This document shows, piece by piece, positions 38,850 through 51,755 of a DNA stretch of 64,000 bases. A program made the translations under genes and the position numbers. The notes beneath the pieces were generated by a model that searched no databases, was not told the DNA's origin, and saw nothing but the letters and a program-made list of their open reading frames with translations. The DNA is taken from NCBI RefSeq assembly GCF_004010195.1, contig NC_057751.1:7640446-7704445 (forward strand), given 5' to 3'. Each line of letters opens with the position of its first letter. The stretch's first letter is position 1. The stretch comes from Chiloscyllium plagiosum. Taxonomy: Eukaryota.

Positions 38850-39385
38850 GAGACCATAAGACAACGGAGCAGAGTTAGGTCATTTGGCTTGGTGAGCCTG
38901 CTCCTCCCCATTCAATCATGACTGATACATTTCTCAACCCCACTCTCCTTCCTTCTCCCTGTAAACTTTGAGCCCCTTCCAAATCAAGCACATTTCAATC
39001 TCTGTCTTAAATACACTCAATGACTCGGCCTCCACACCCCTCTGCGGCAATACGTTCCACAGATTCACCACCATCTGGCTGAACAAATTCCTCCTCATCT
39101 CAGTTCCCTCTGGTCCTAGTCTCTCTCACTGGTGGAAACATCTTCGCCACCTCCACTCTATCAAGGCTTCTCAGTATCTTATCAGTTTCACTGAGAGATC
39201 CTTCCCCCCCCACTGCCCACTTCATCCTTCTAAACTCCATCAAGTATAGACCCAGAGACCTCAAGTGCACCTCATATGGCAAGACCTTCATCCCCGGCAT
39301 CATTCTTGCAAACCTCATCCGGTACCCCTGAACTGTCAGCACATCCTTCCTTTCACATTGGCCCCAAAACTGTCCCAATACAACC
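38850..39385 (-). mobile_element. CR1 3' fragment
   Basis: RFARMMPGMKVLPYEVHLRSLGLYLMEFRRM. Confidence 0.85.
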
Positions 39386-39582
39386 CATTCCTCATCCGAC
39401 TCTCTGGAATCATCTCATTCCTCCAATTCTGCTTCCTCCTGCATCCCCAAATTTATTCACTCCATGATTGGGTGACCGCACTTTCAGGTGACCAGGCCTC
39501 AAGGTCTGGAAATCCCTCCCTCCCTTGCCTTGGGCTCTTTCGTATTCTCTTTCCGTACCCTCCCTTGAGGAGTTCCTCTGGC

Positions 39583-40203
39583 CTGCTGTGGATCTATTTG
39601 ATGTGGCTTGGTGTTAAATTTTGTTTCATGAAGTTCCCTAAGTTTGTAGATCAGTGCATCCATTGAAATGCTGGTTGTTGCTTTTCAATAAGGGCAACTG
39701 TCAAGCTACATCATATTAATGTACCTGGAACTTTGGGGACTCCTTGTGACTCACAACAAAGTACCTATGTGTGTGCTGAAACCTTTCTTTCAGATGGTGT
39801 CTATGGTCGATGGTCCATAATAGGAGCACGGTTCCTCCGTGACTAAGTGAGTAACCACTAAACACTTGCCCAATGGGATGAAGACATGTGCTGAAGATGG
39901 AGTGTTTTTGAGCACTGATTGGGATGCTACACGTGAAGTGGTTATTGAAGCACTCAAAGATGGGGTGTGAAAAGACACCAGTGAAAAACAGTTCAACATT
40001 TCACAATTTCTGCAAGTACGTTGCTATCATGATCTCCACAGACAGCGAAAACCAATGCAGGTGCAGGTGCAAAGGATAGGATACCAAAGAAAACCAAGAT
40101 TATTGCCCGAATTCCAAATGTTCCAGGAGCAAGGCACACCTCATTGAGACAAAAAAATTCCTCAATACACCCACTGCTCTCAGTTGAATTGATTGCTCAT
40201 ACA
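39583..40203 (+). repeat. 621-bp source segment duplicated at 52970-53590
   Basis: Direct comparison gives the same length and about 7 substitutions. Confidence 0.95.
39794..39846 (+). other. Candidate 53-nt exon (second copy at 53181-53233)
   Basis: acctttctttcag/ATGG...TAA/gtgagt; one frame reads GVYGRWSIIGARFLRD-stop. Confidence 0.35.
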
Positions 40204-40242
40204 CATAACCTTTAGATGCATTTATTGGCTCTGGTGACAGCC

Positions 40243-40862
40243 TGTTATGGACTAGACCAAATCCCCTCAATATATTCAGAAGATAGTTTATACTCTAACT
40301 TTCTCTTATTTTCAAGGTGAGTATCAAGCGTCGTATTCCAGATGCAATTTGTTTGGTTAAACTGCCACATTTAAAGCAAAACACACTTTATTCACCCATA
40401 ATAGTTAAAATACAACAAAAGAAAGCAGGAATTGGAATAACGTAATTCTATTGGAAAACTTAACAGAATAACAAATACAGTAAGTATTACTAATTAACTG
40501 TTCCAATATAGTAACAGAACATAAACATACCCTTGGAAAAGGGCAAGTTCAGACACAGATTGTCTCACATGCAATGCCAGTAGCAGGCAGAGAACCTCCA
40601 GCTTTTGGCTGTAACCAAGGGAGGAAAATAATAGCTTTCACTTCTTCAAGACTTTAAAGCAATTGCTGAAAGCTAAACTAAAGATCCTGGCTCTGTGGGG
40701 TTTGACAACACCCAACCAGGATGCTTCTATAGTACCAACTTTTAAAAGAAAACGTTTCATAAGTTGGTTAGCTTCTCACAGACTGCTGGACACCTCTCCC
40801 CCAACCTCAATCTAAAAGAAACCAGGACAAAACACACCTGTTAAAGCCATAGTGTCGCCATA
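40243..40862 (-). mobile_element. Solo LTR
   Basis: tgttatggactagacc...gtcgccata; AATAAA on the minus strand (tttatt ~40387); homologous to 21566-23638. Confidence 0.75.
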
Positions 40863-41540
40863 GGCCTTCTGAGAGAGGTTTGCAACACAGCGCGTACAAC
40901 AAATTAAAGGTGGGTCTAAAGCACTCATGCTTCAAATCCAGTGGCAAGAGTACACTGGCACTGACTGTGAGCACAGGCACCGTTTCAAAATCTGCCCGAC
41001 TCAACTATTTCTAATAACTCATCAGAGCAAATTGTTAGGTAAAGTGCAAATTACTGGGTTCACGGGAAATCTGGTTCTGCTCCCATGCACTAGCACCTGT
41101 TGACTTCTTTGGGTGAGAAAATGATTCACTTCTTCTTCTTCAGATTTAGATCAGTGGCATAACTGGGGAAAAAAAAATCCAAAAACATTGGCTATAAAAT
41201 CCGCAGACACATGTTCAAGCAGGCCGACCAGCTCAAGAGATGTTTCAGCGGCATGCCTCATTACTGTGCATTCTTACTTCACAAAGGGTACACTATAATT
41301 GCATCCGTTCATGCCAGAGGTTTGCTCCCGTGTATGCCCCAAGGCCGGTCTCAGCAGGTACCATCTTCAATAATAGAGGTAGTAAGCTCTGGAGGAGATC
41401 GCAAGCACAGATGAGGCCTGGAGGTAAATTGGCGTGGCATCCCCAAAGGTTTGTGGCACAAGTCTCACCTTGACACATACTGCACACCAGTTCAAAACCA
41501 CTGGTCTCACTTAAACATAGACAGAGGTGCAAACACATAC

Positions 41541-41631
41541 TCTGGAATTAATAACCATGCACGGACCTTGATTGTTTGACCCGGCACTGTTGAGGTCACT
41601 GTGCTCCAGTTGCTCTGTCCTTGGTTCAACA
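41541..41631 (-). other. Candidate 91-nt exon
   Basis: Acceptor tttcctctttgttcccaattctccaag; donor AGA/gtatgt; two open frames. Confidence 0.25.
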
Positions 41632-42499
41632 CTTGGAGAATTGGGAACAAAGAGGAAACTGACTCGGGGTATCAATACCCGTGCCCAGCTGAGGAGGGCG
41701 TCGTGCTCCTTGTTTTTGCCCGAGCCGGGCACTGGGATCATCGGGCAGCAGGGTCCCATGACTGGGAGTGGAGTACTGGGGCCCATATCACAGGAAAAGG
41801 AATGGTCTGAGAAGACGGGTTTTCTGAGTCATCCAGAGTCACATCTGTTGCACCCTGGAGCTTTGAACAATCCGGAGGTGTCAGCATTCATTTTATTGAG
41901 CAAATGCCACCTGTTTATTTCTGAACACTGTTCCTTTTTGTTTTCTCTCCAAATCGATCGCAGGAAAGGACACAAAGAATATCAGCAACCAAATCCAGGT
42001 GCCGGATCTTCAGGCACTGCATAAGCAGCTGCGGTTAAATTAAAACCCTAGCCGTAACCTTTAGAGCACAGCGAAGTATATTTCAATGGAATCTCGAGAG
42101 ACTGATGTTGGAAGACACAGAATCACATCTGACAATTTTGCGGCTGTTTGGAAGGGGTGGGGAACACTCTTCCAACTTGCTTTGCAGGCCATGTGAAGTC
42201 GCAGTTCTTTGTCTTCGCCTCTTCATGGTCTCCGTGGACATCCAAGTTAATCCTGAAGTCAAGTGCTACCTTTTCACTGAACACCCCCCCCACCCCCCGC
42301 CCTCTAGTTTGAAGAGGACGGTATATAATGGGGCAGGCTAGAAGACTACAAGGTGGGCTGATGGGTTGACCCATGCGCGATTGCCCATGCGCAAAGAACG
42401 GCCCGCTTTTGAGGTGCTCTCGCAGCACAGTGGTTGGGGTGCCCCGACATTTGAGGCGGGCGCCCAGAGTTCAAGTCCCACCTCTTCCAGACGTGTGTG

Positions 42500-42930
42500 C
42501 TGTAAAACATCTGAACGATGCCCAAATAGTGAACCTGAGCCACACTACAGGAAGGACATGACTGCGTTAGAAAACATGCAGAGGACATTCGCCAAGAAGC
42601 TCTCTGGGCTGGGGTGATTTCGCAGAGTTGAAACATCTAAAACTAGGGGGCATGCATTTAAGGTGGGCGGGGGGGGGCAAGTTCAAAGGAGAGGTGAGGG
42701 GGTAGGTTTTTTGTAGCAGAGGGTAGCAGGAGTCTGTAATGCACTGCCAGGGGTGATGGTGGAGGCAGGTATGATAAGGGCATTTAAGGGACTTCTGCAA
42801 GGAATGCATGGACTGGTGGGATATGGACCAAAGGCAGGCAGAAGGGATAAGTGTTTAACTTGGTATCATGTTCAGCACAACACCGTGGGTTGAAGAGCCC
42901 GTTCCTCTGCTGCACAGTTCTATGTTCTAA
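42500..42930 (+). mobile_element. CR1 3' fragment
   Basis: PHYRKDMTALENMQRTF; ttctatgttct tail. Confidence 0.75.
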
Positions 42931-43279
42931 AATATTAGATAGATGGAGGTTCTTTCCATTATAGAATCATCATCATTAGTGGTTTCTTAAAGATGACGAT
43001 GACTCTCTTCCACAGTCAGAGTGAGTCTGTAGGTGGCTGTAAAGTTCGAGGTGGCTTCCGCAGACCCTGTCATGATTGGGGCAGTAGAAGGTCGCAGGAA
43101 GGGGTGCAGGCTAAACCTAGGGCAAACGTGAGCGATTTGGACCAACTGAGTTGCCTTGGCAGAGAGCCAGTGATGCACTGAATGGACTGAATGGCCTCAA
43201 GTTGCGCCATGATTTGTCAACATCGACATGAGTCATCCCTTTTACAAGTTGGAGAGGACTCAAAATCATAGAAGAAGTT

Positions 43280-43630
43280 ATCATTGAGTCACGGCAGTGC
43301 GGAAAGAGGCCATTCAGCCCATCACTTTTGCAACGACCCTCCGAAGTGCCACCCACCCAAACCCAGCATTCAACCCTAACCCCGCATTTCCCTGGCAAAG
43401 CACCTAACCTATACATCCTCCTGATTCTATGGGACAATTTAGCATGGCTAATTCAACTAACCTGCACTTCTTTGGATTGTGGGGGGGAAACCAGAGACCC
43501 CAACGAAAAACCACACAGACACAGAGAGAACACGCAAACTCCATACAGTCGGTTACTGGAAGCCTGGAATCGAACCAGGTCCTTGGCACTCTGAGGCAGC
43601 AGCGCTTATCACTGAGCCACTGTGCCGCCC
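43280..43630 (-). mobile_element. HE1-type SINE
   Basis: Reverse-complement head ends at 43630 (gggcggcacagtggctcagtg). Confidence 0.85.
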
Positions 43631-44124
43631 AAGGGGACTCAGCGGGAGTTTGGACCAGGCAACGGACATTAGTTTGATCCTGATTATCTCAACTCTACAT
43701 CCGAAACTACAAATTCACAGGTTAAGCTCAACAGAGATTTCCTCACCCCAAAGCACACTCAGTTGGCTTTGGCAGGTACGTTAATTATTCAGGCTGAAAT
43801 TCTCAGCTTCTTTTTTTTTCAAATTACTTAAGCATTCTGACAGCACATCAAGAAGTCATACTGACTGCAGTTCTTTTGTGCTTAAACCTTTTGCTGTCTT
43901 GTTCCGTTATTGTCAAAGGACTTAAACTTTTAGAGAACAATACTACACAGAACACTTAAAATAAATGTCTGCAGCAATGAAAGATCTGCAGCCATTTCTT
44001 TGAAAACGACATATACTGAGATTTCAACAAGGGTTCATCAAAAGGAAAGTTTGGCATCACTTTCTTGGGTCAAGGTTAGCTTCAAAGAATGTCTGGGGTA
44101 TTTAGGGATGAACTTCTATTTCAA

Positions 44125-44407
44125 ATATTTCAGAAACTGACCGTCAGTTCTGGAACTCCCAAGCTGTTAAAAGATTCAGGTAATCCCTCTGGTCTTGATG
44201 CTTTCTCCAGCCTTTTGCGGCTCCCGTACCACTTTCATATTACTTCTGGGCTGCTCCTCTCACCCATATTTCAGAAACTGACCGTCAGTTCTGGAACTCC
44301 CAAGCTGTTAAAAGATTCAGGTAATCCCTCTGGTCTTGATGCTTTCGCCAGCCCTTTCGCGGCTCCCGTACCACTTTCATATTACTTCTGGGCTGCTCCT
44401 CTCACCC
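44125..44407. repeat. Tandem duplication, 141-bp unit x2
   Basis: 44125-44265 and 44266-44407 nearly identical. Confidence 0.95.
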
Positions 44408-44650
44408 AAGCCAATTGTCTTCAAGCTACTGCTCAGATAGCATTATCTTCTCAATGCCTTGCCTGGAATGCAAAGAGAAGGGATGTTAACGCCAAAAATA
44501 CAATTGTAACCTAATTAATTTAAATGGGCAAATTTTCAGGAAACAACAATCTGCATTGAAGCAATGCTCTTTCAACGTGACAAAACATCACAAGGCGCAG
44601 TCGAAGAGAAATTTAAACCCAGCCACGTGGAGGGAAGTGGCTTCTCATTT

Positions 44651-45013
44651 GGGTGGCACGGTGGCTCAGTGGTTGCGCCATTGCCTCACAGCACTGGAGA
44701 CCCAGGTTCTATTCCTCGGATGACTGTCTGTGTGGAGTTTGCATGTTCTCCCCGTGTCTGTGTGGGTTTTCTCTGGACGCACTAGTTCCCTCCACCCAGT
44801 CCAAAGATGTGCAGGCTCGGTGGATTGGCCATGCTAAATTGCCTGCAGTGTCCAGGAATGTGCAGGTTAGGCGGATTAGCCATGGGAAATGCAGCATTGC
44901 AGAGATAGGGTTGGGACGGGGCAGGTTCAATCTGAGTGGGATGCTCTCTGGAAGGGCAATGTGGACTGGATGGGCTGAATGGCCTCCTTCCACAACGTAG
45001 GACTTCGATGATT
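44651..45013 (+). mobile_element. HE1-type SINE (internal duplicated block subfamily)
   Basis: Head gggtggcacggtggctcagtgg; two gatgtgcagg..ggattXgccatg blocks. Confidence 0.9.
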
Positions 45014-46039
45014 GCCAAACTCTTGAACAAAGAGATCGGTTTGGAGAAGGAGAGTAGGGTGGAGAAGGACCGAACAGTTAAGGAAAGGGATGCTAGAGTC
45101 ACGCATTGAGCTGAAGGGGTAACTGTAACTGGACAAGTGCAAGAAGAGGGATATTGTAGGTTGGTTGGGCTGGAGGAGGTTGCAGAGATACAGAAGGCTG
45201 TTGCCTTGGCAGTGTGGAAAAACAATGATTAACGTATGTAAAACCTAGGCCATTGCCAGGCAGTGAGAGCCAATGTGGCTCAAATGAGTTCAAAGGTCAA
45301 TCAGACTTAGCTTCAGTCAGGAGACAGACCTTTGGACAGTCTCCAAAATAAGGGTTCAGCAACTCAAGATGATAAGCACTCGGGTGCTGAGGGATCACTT
45401 GCTGTCAGCCCCGTGTCTTAAGAATTCTGCTTTCTGTTGGTTTCTGTCTGTGTTCTCTCACCAGTGCTTTATTCTCAGCTCATCACAGAAAGATGAACTG
45501 GACCGATGATGCTGTTTTCCTCTGTTGTTCTTTTAAGTGCATCAATTTCCAAATTGCTTCAGCTCGAAGCAGCTTCCAAAGTGTGCACGTATTTTAGAAC
45601 ACAAAGAAAGACCACTGGGCCCAATTAATCTGTACTGGTATCTATGCACCAGAGACTGTCCTCTGAATTCATCTGCCTCCAACCTTTCAAATGGACTTTG
45701 TATTCCCTTTTCTCTAATGTATCCTTTTGCAAACCACTCTAAGTTAAATGCCTTGCCCATGCCCTGCAAAAAGCTTTGCATTCAAACCACTCTTTGAGCA
45801 AAGCAACCTCTTCTTTGCCCCTGGATTTCTGAGTCCATGGTTCCCAGTTTCAGAGAAAGTTTAAGTGAAAACAGTCTCTCTCCAGATTTCCTCTAAGCAA
45901 AGAGACAGAGCACGTGTGAAAGAAGCGACGTCTTAATGACATCTGGTCACATGAAACAGCAGCCTAGATCTGTCTGGCTCCAGTTCAGATCAGCCTCTCT
46001 CAAAATTCTTCAATGAAGCCTGTTTCCGTTCACCCACAA

Positions 46040-46200
46040 AAATGTGGATGTTGGAATTCTCTCCCCAAGGGTACTGTGGGTCAGTGTGTGGACTGCAGCG
46101 TTTCGAGAAGTCAGCTCACTACCACCTTCTCAGGGGGCAACGAAGAATGGGCAATAAAATACTGGCCCCAGCCCAGCAACACCCATGTCCCATGAATGAA
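46040..46200 (+). mobile_element. 3' end of a LINE sharing its tail with the 59072 SINE family
   Basis: WNSLP motif, then gcagctcaccaccacc-like sequence and gggcaataaa..ctggcc..cccatgaatgaa. Confidence 0.6.
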
Positions 46201-47594
46201 CTGGGAAAAAATGCTCTAGGACAACATTCTGGTCGATTAACGGTTTTACACAAATGGGAGTTGAAACAAAAATGCCAACCGCTTGCCCTGCTTTTGTAAG
46301 GTCTAACCAATTAATCTCAGCCTGACTTGTTTTCTGTGGGAGCTGGACAGATATTTCCTTTGAAGGTTTTGTCTTATATCTCTTGCAGAACTTACTCCTG
46401 ACGTGGTTCCACCACTCTTTCAGGTAACCTGTGACACCATCGAAAGTAACTTTTCCTCACTGCCCTGCTAGATACCTTAACTCTGTCTCTTCTCGGTTCC
46501 CAGCAATTCTGCCAGTGGAAATACTTTCTGCTCCTCTGCCTGAACAACAGCTTGGAGACATGAACGCAATCAAAAGGCAAGCTCTTGTTGTGCAGATAAT
46601 CAATCACAGCCATGTCTTATCAATAAACAATACGTGATTGAAGACTCCTTGAGAGAGAGAGAGAGAGAGAGAGAGAACACTGCTGAATTAGCAGGAGCAA
46701 TGCCGCAAAGGGACATCACGAAAGCCAAGTTAAATACTAACGATAGTATTTGGAGGATGAACAGTTTGAAGATGTTCTTCCTGACCCAAGGCACATGCCT
46801 GAACCTGTTGCATTAAAAAAGTGGTTTGGATGTAAACTATCACTGGCAAGCTGTCCTCACTGATCATCAGTCACTGCCGGAAAAAAACCTAGCAGATAGC
46901 AGAGAAGGGGCTACAGACAGATCACATCACTGCAACAATTCCCGTCTCGATGTCAGGAGCATTGTGTCGAGGCAGATCTGCCAATGAGAATGAACAAGTA
47001 ATTTGCGTTGCACAGCCCAGCAGCGAGTGGCAATCCTGGGGCCGGTTTAAAAGGACTAGCAGCTCAACAACCAGATGTGCTAAACACTGGTCAAAGTGCC
47101 CACCCACTTAAAGAAGGTTCTGCCTTTGATGATGGCAGAGCATTGCAGATGCTGGGAATCTGTGAAAGATGATACTGCAAAGACTCAACCTCTCAGCAAG
47201 GTTCAGGACATAATTTCTGGACTCCAACTTGTCGATTTCAGATTGCAAATTCTAGCCCATTCAGAGCAGCTCTTAATAATGAGTCTGCCCTTCCCATTTA
47301 AACTTCCTCCGGACATATACTCATCTTAAGTTGACCCACTTACTGTCGCCTTCCTTGTGCACTCATCACTGTTCAAACATCTGCACTTGCTTGACAACAG
47401 TTGCGTCCCTTCCTTTCCACATTTCCGACGCAAGATTATTGTCCAGAGGTGTTAGCTCTGCTTTGTGCTCCACAGATACTACCTGATCAGCTGGGTATTT
47501 TGCAGTTACTCCTGTTGATGTTAAAAGGGCTGCCATTGCTCACCAGGCGTGGTGTAAGAAAACGCTCCCTTATTTGGGACGATAAACTGAAATG

Positions 47595-48236
47595 GTGCTG
47601 AGGTGGAGATGGTTGAGAGTGTCAGTTCCAAGGCGTGGTGATTACCAATAATCTGTTCCGGTCCACCCATGTTGATGCGACAGTCGGGAAGGCAGTACAA
47701 CACCTCCACTTCCTCAGGAGGCTAAGGAAATTAGGCATTTCTGTAAAGACTCTTCCCAAATTATATAGGTGCACGACAGAAAGCATTGTATCCGGATGCA
47801 TCACAGCTTGGGATGGCGACTGCTCTGTCCAGGATCGTATGAGAGTTGTAAATGCAACCCAGCCCATCACAAAATCCAACCTTCATCTACACTTTTCCCT
47901 GCCACTGGAAAGCTGCCTACACAACCAAAGGCATCTCCCAGTCCAGTTATAATCTAGTCCAACCTCGTCCATCAGGCAGCAGATACAAAAGCTTAAACAC
48001 GACATAATCAAGATCAGTTTCCTCCCCCTCTGTCATTCAACCTCTGAATGGCGCTCTCAAGTTTAAAATTTCATGTTGATCTTGCTTTTTGTGCACCTGA
48101 TCTGCAGCCGTAATGCTGCATTCCTCAGTCTGTTCTATGACCCTAATGCACTTTGTATGGCATGATCTGCCTGTACTGCACAAAACCTTTCACTGTACCT
48201 AGGTACATGTGACAATAATAAATCAAACTAAATCAA
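47595..48236 (+). mobile_element. Rex1/Babar-clade LINE 3' fragment
   Basis: HVDATVGKAVQHLHFLRRLRKLG..LYRCTTESIVSGCITAWDG; aataaatcaaa tail. Confidence 0.8.
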
Positions 48237-49428
48237 AAAGATGGAATTTGGACTATTACGTTAAAAACACCAGGAGAGTTTTGCAATTTGAAAATCAAGT
48301 GTTGCAGAGATTTTTTGAGCTGTGCTTCCAACATTGTTCTTGGAAGTGCTGAAGGGGAGAATCCGAGACTGAGCGGCAGCAAGAGTCTTTTGATTTTAGG
48401 AAGTTCTGTCTGATGATCGCCCTTTGATTAGTTAAGCTGTAGAATTCTAGCAGTTTTAAGTAGGGTACCAGAGAGAGAGAGAAAAACATCCAGAGCCTGC
48501 ATCAGGAAGGATTCGTCTCTCTCCCTCTCTCTCCCCAGGTGAGAAAAAGACAGAAAATCCAAGAAAGTAGAGAAAAAAAAAAGATCTAATAAGGAATGAC
48601 CTGACCAATTATTGGATCAAAGAACAACCAGTACCCTACAGACACCAGGGTGAGCAATCAAACAGACTGACGCATTGCAAGCAGTCCTTAAAATGTGGGA
48701 CATTTGACCTTCAGAATTTTGTTTACCTTGTCTACTGACAGTAGATATGTTAAACTGTCAGTCTTTTATCTGTCTTAATTGTGAATGATTTAGCTGTGCA
48801 TGAAGTGTAAAGCAGTATAATTTAAATTACATAGCAATAGTTGGGAAACCCTTTCCTTTCTCTTCCCTTTGTTGAAGTTAAGTGTGTTACAATAAATACA
48901 ATTAGTCTCTGTTAATGATGAAACCTGGTGTGAAGTGCTTTTGCCCTGAATTGCAGTCCCTGATGAAAACTGGTCCCTGTGGTGGTCTTATTTGGTATTT
49001 GTACATTTTGGGATGGCTTGGGGAACAGAGGGATTCAGCTATCCGAACACTCTTCCAAGTACAGCCGTAACACTGGGTAGAGTCAGAAGGAAAGAGCACT
49101 TGATAGAAGTTACAACAATGACTGAGATGGAGATTTAACACCAATGTTTTCTGAGTTTGGGACGAGGCACCTCTGACTCTTTGAATATTCAGATTTGACA
49201 ATTCAAATGATCCTTACTAGCTTCCCATTCTCTTTCCTTCGTGAATGAGACCACGATCATGACACAAATGGTTCCATTCACTCATCTTCTTGTTGACTTG
49301 CATCGGCTACCAGTCCTTCAGCATGTCCAACTTGGAAATGCGTACTGGGACTTGGGGGAGCATGTCATCTTACAAGGAGTAGTTACATAACCTGGGCCTG
49401 TATCCGATGGAGTTTAAGAGAATAAACA

Positions 49429-49585
49429 GGGGTTAGTTAGCTCAGTTGACTCGTTTGCAATGCAGAGTGACACCAACAGCACAGGTTCAATACCTGCACC
49501 GACTGAGGTTACCATGAAGGACCCAGCTTTTCAAACTCTTCCCTCATTTGAGACATGATAAGCCTTGGATCATACCACCATGATG
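49429..49585 (+). mobile_element. Old tRNA-headed SINE (family of 15182), followed by an LTR start at 49588
   Basis: ttagctcagttg..ggttcaatacctgcacc..ctgaggttaccatgaagg. Confidence 0.6.
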
Positions 49586-50129
49586 CATGTTATGGACCAG
49601 ACCAGACCCCCTCAAAATATATTAAGAATGTTTCTCTTGTTTACCAATGATGCTGCACTCGATACATTCCTGATCTGTGATACAGAACACGGAATTTCGA
49701 CCCTCAAAACATTCTATTGAGGACTCAGACAAAAATTAATTCATTTTCTAACATTATTCAGACAGCAACTTTCTCTACCTAACATCATGAATATATACTG
49801 AAAGTTAGCTGATTAAGAAATAAGCGCCACTTAACCCCCAAACTGGGCAAAAATTCAGAATCTTCAGTGATGAAGACAACCTGCAATTTTCTCTGGCCCA
49901 GTTCTAGTCCTCACAACTGAACCAGCTTCACAGCTTATATACAGCTACACTGGGACAAGGGAGCCAGCAAGGGGATGGAATGTCCTTCTGTACTGTATGA
50001 TTCTATGATTAGGGAGTGGAAACCCTCAAATGAAAATGTAAGAGCACAATGTTTAATGGCAGAGGGTTGAAATCTCTCCATGACTGGAATACCGATCCGC
50101 ACTTCAAAGAGGTTCTCCAAGGATGTGTC

Positions 50130-50295
50130 TTAGATCATGTCTGTGGGATCAAGCCATTTCACTGAGGCTAAATCCTCTGTAAACTCCAATCTCTCCATCA
50201 GTCCCAATCTGTGACACAATTTCAAGTCCTTTCTCTTATTCTTCATAAACTTCTGTTTTACCAATCCCGCACGCTCCTTCACTCTGCGTTTCACT
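50130..50295 (-). other. Candidate terminal coding exon, unknown product
   Basis: Acceptor ctgctctattgcag; phase-2 frame VKRRVKERAGLVKQKFMKNKRKDLKLCHRLGLMERLEFTEDLASVKWLDPTDMI-stop. Confidence 0.2.
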
Positions 50296-50862
50296 CTGCA
50301 ATAGAGCAGATGGACAACCCGTTGAAAGAGCAGAATGACAAATTGTGGTAGATCCCTCAGACGTGACTTAAAGGCTCTGGACAAGTTGTCACATGAAGGA
50401 ACCATCACAGCTGAGGGTAAGAAGTGACAGTGTGTGGAAAGCAAGTCATGCACAGATCCTTGTACAGTGCTCGACTGCTTAAGCTTACGAACATGGAGCT
50501 CGAGAATCAAAGGGCTAACTCACACAGAAGATGCCTGAGCATCTCGGTGGCAGTCGCAGCAGGAAGAGTGACAGTGAGGACCAGAGGCCCGATGGGAAGG
50601 TAAGAGTAAAGATTAAAAACTTACCGGGGGAGTTGGCAGAATGCACACTGAGCAGGAACATACACAGAACTGCTGGGTAAGTGAGGCTTTGTATTTGGGT
50701 GGTTGCTTTATCTGAAACACTACTCGGGTAGTGTCTCCCACCTATCCTCCTCCTCTAACCAAAAAAAAAGGTTCTGTGCACCGGATCGATAAGGTGACTA
50801 GCCTTTTTATTTCCTCTCTTCTGTGTTTTCAGTAAGTTTGTTGGGAATTTGGAATAGTGGGA

Positions 50863-51755
50863 ATGGAGGTTAGGGCAGTTGAACGTTCCTTCTGCAGAAT
50901 GTGGGAGGTAAGGTTCACCACAGGAGTCCCTACTGACTCCATCTGCAGGATGTGCACCCAACTTCAGCTCCTTGAAAACCACGTTAGATAACTGGAACTG
51001 GAGTTAGATGACCTTCGGATCATTTGGGAGACGGAGGGGGTTATTGAGCTACAGGGAGGTAAAAGAAGAAGGTAGATGGGTGACCGTCAGGGGACGGAAA
51101 GGGGACCAGCAGGCAGTGCAGGGATCCCATGTGGCTGTTCCCCATAACAACAGGTATACCGTTTTGGATACTATTGGGGGGGTGATTTACCAGAGGTAAG
51201 TAATGGGGCACAGGGCTCTGACACAGAGTCTGCCCCTGTTGCTCAGAAGGGAAGGAGGAAGAGGAGCAGTGCATTAGTCACTAGGGACTCCATAGTTAGG
51301 GGGACAGATAGGAGGTTCTGTGGGAACGAGAGAGAGTTGGTGTGTAGCCTCCCAGGTGCCAGGGTTCGTGATGTCTCAGACTGTTTTTGGGATCCTTGCG
51401 AGGTAGGGGGAGCAGCCACAAGTCTTGGTCCACATACGACATAGGTGGGAAGTGAGATGGGGATTTAAGGCAGAAATTCAGGGAGAGAGGATAGTAACTA
51501 AGAGTTAGGGCAGAGTGGTTACCTCTGGTTCATGATCCATTCCACGTGCTAGTGAGGTGAGGAATAGGGAAAGAGAGGAGTTGAACACGTGGCTACAGGG
51601 ATAGTGCAGAAGGGAGGGTTTTGGATTCCTGGATAATTGGGACTCATTCTAGGATAGGTGGGACCTCTACAAACAAGATGTTCTTCACCTGAACCAGAGG
51701 GGTACCAATTTCCTGGGGGAGAAGATTTGCCAATGCTCCTCGAGTGGGTTTAAAC
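50863..51755 (+). pseudogene. CR1 ORF1 remnant (Cys/leucine-zipper N-terminus plus SGNH esterase-like domain)
   Basis: CRMWEV...ICRMCTQLQLLENHVR*LELELDDL; GDSIVRGTDRRFCG; DLYKQDVLHLNQRGT; stops and frameshifts. Confidence 0.8.

Noticed and set aside
39993..40139. Minus-strand hydrophobic frame VCLAPGTFGIRAIILVFFGILSFAPAPALVFAVC
   Set aside because: Only a weak GAG acceptor, no start codon, no recognisable family
50697..50800. HDV-like ribozyme in the CR1 5' UTR
   Set aside because: Could not fit the P1/P1.1/P2/P3/L3/J4-2 order on either strand; kept only as an unclassified structure
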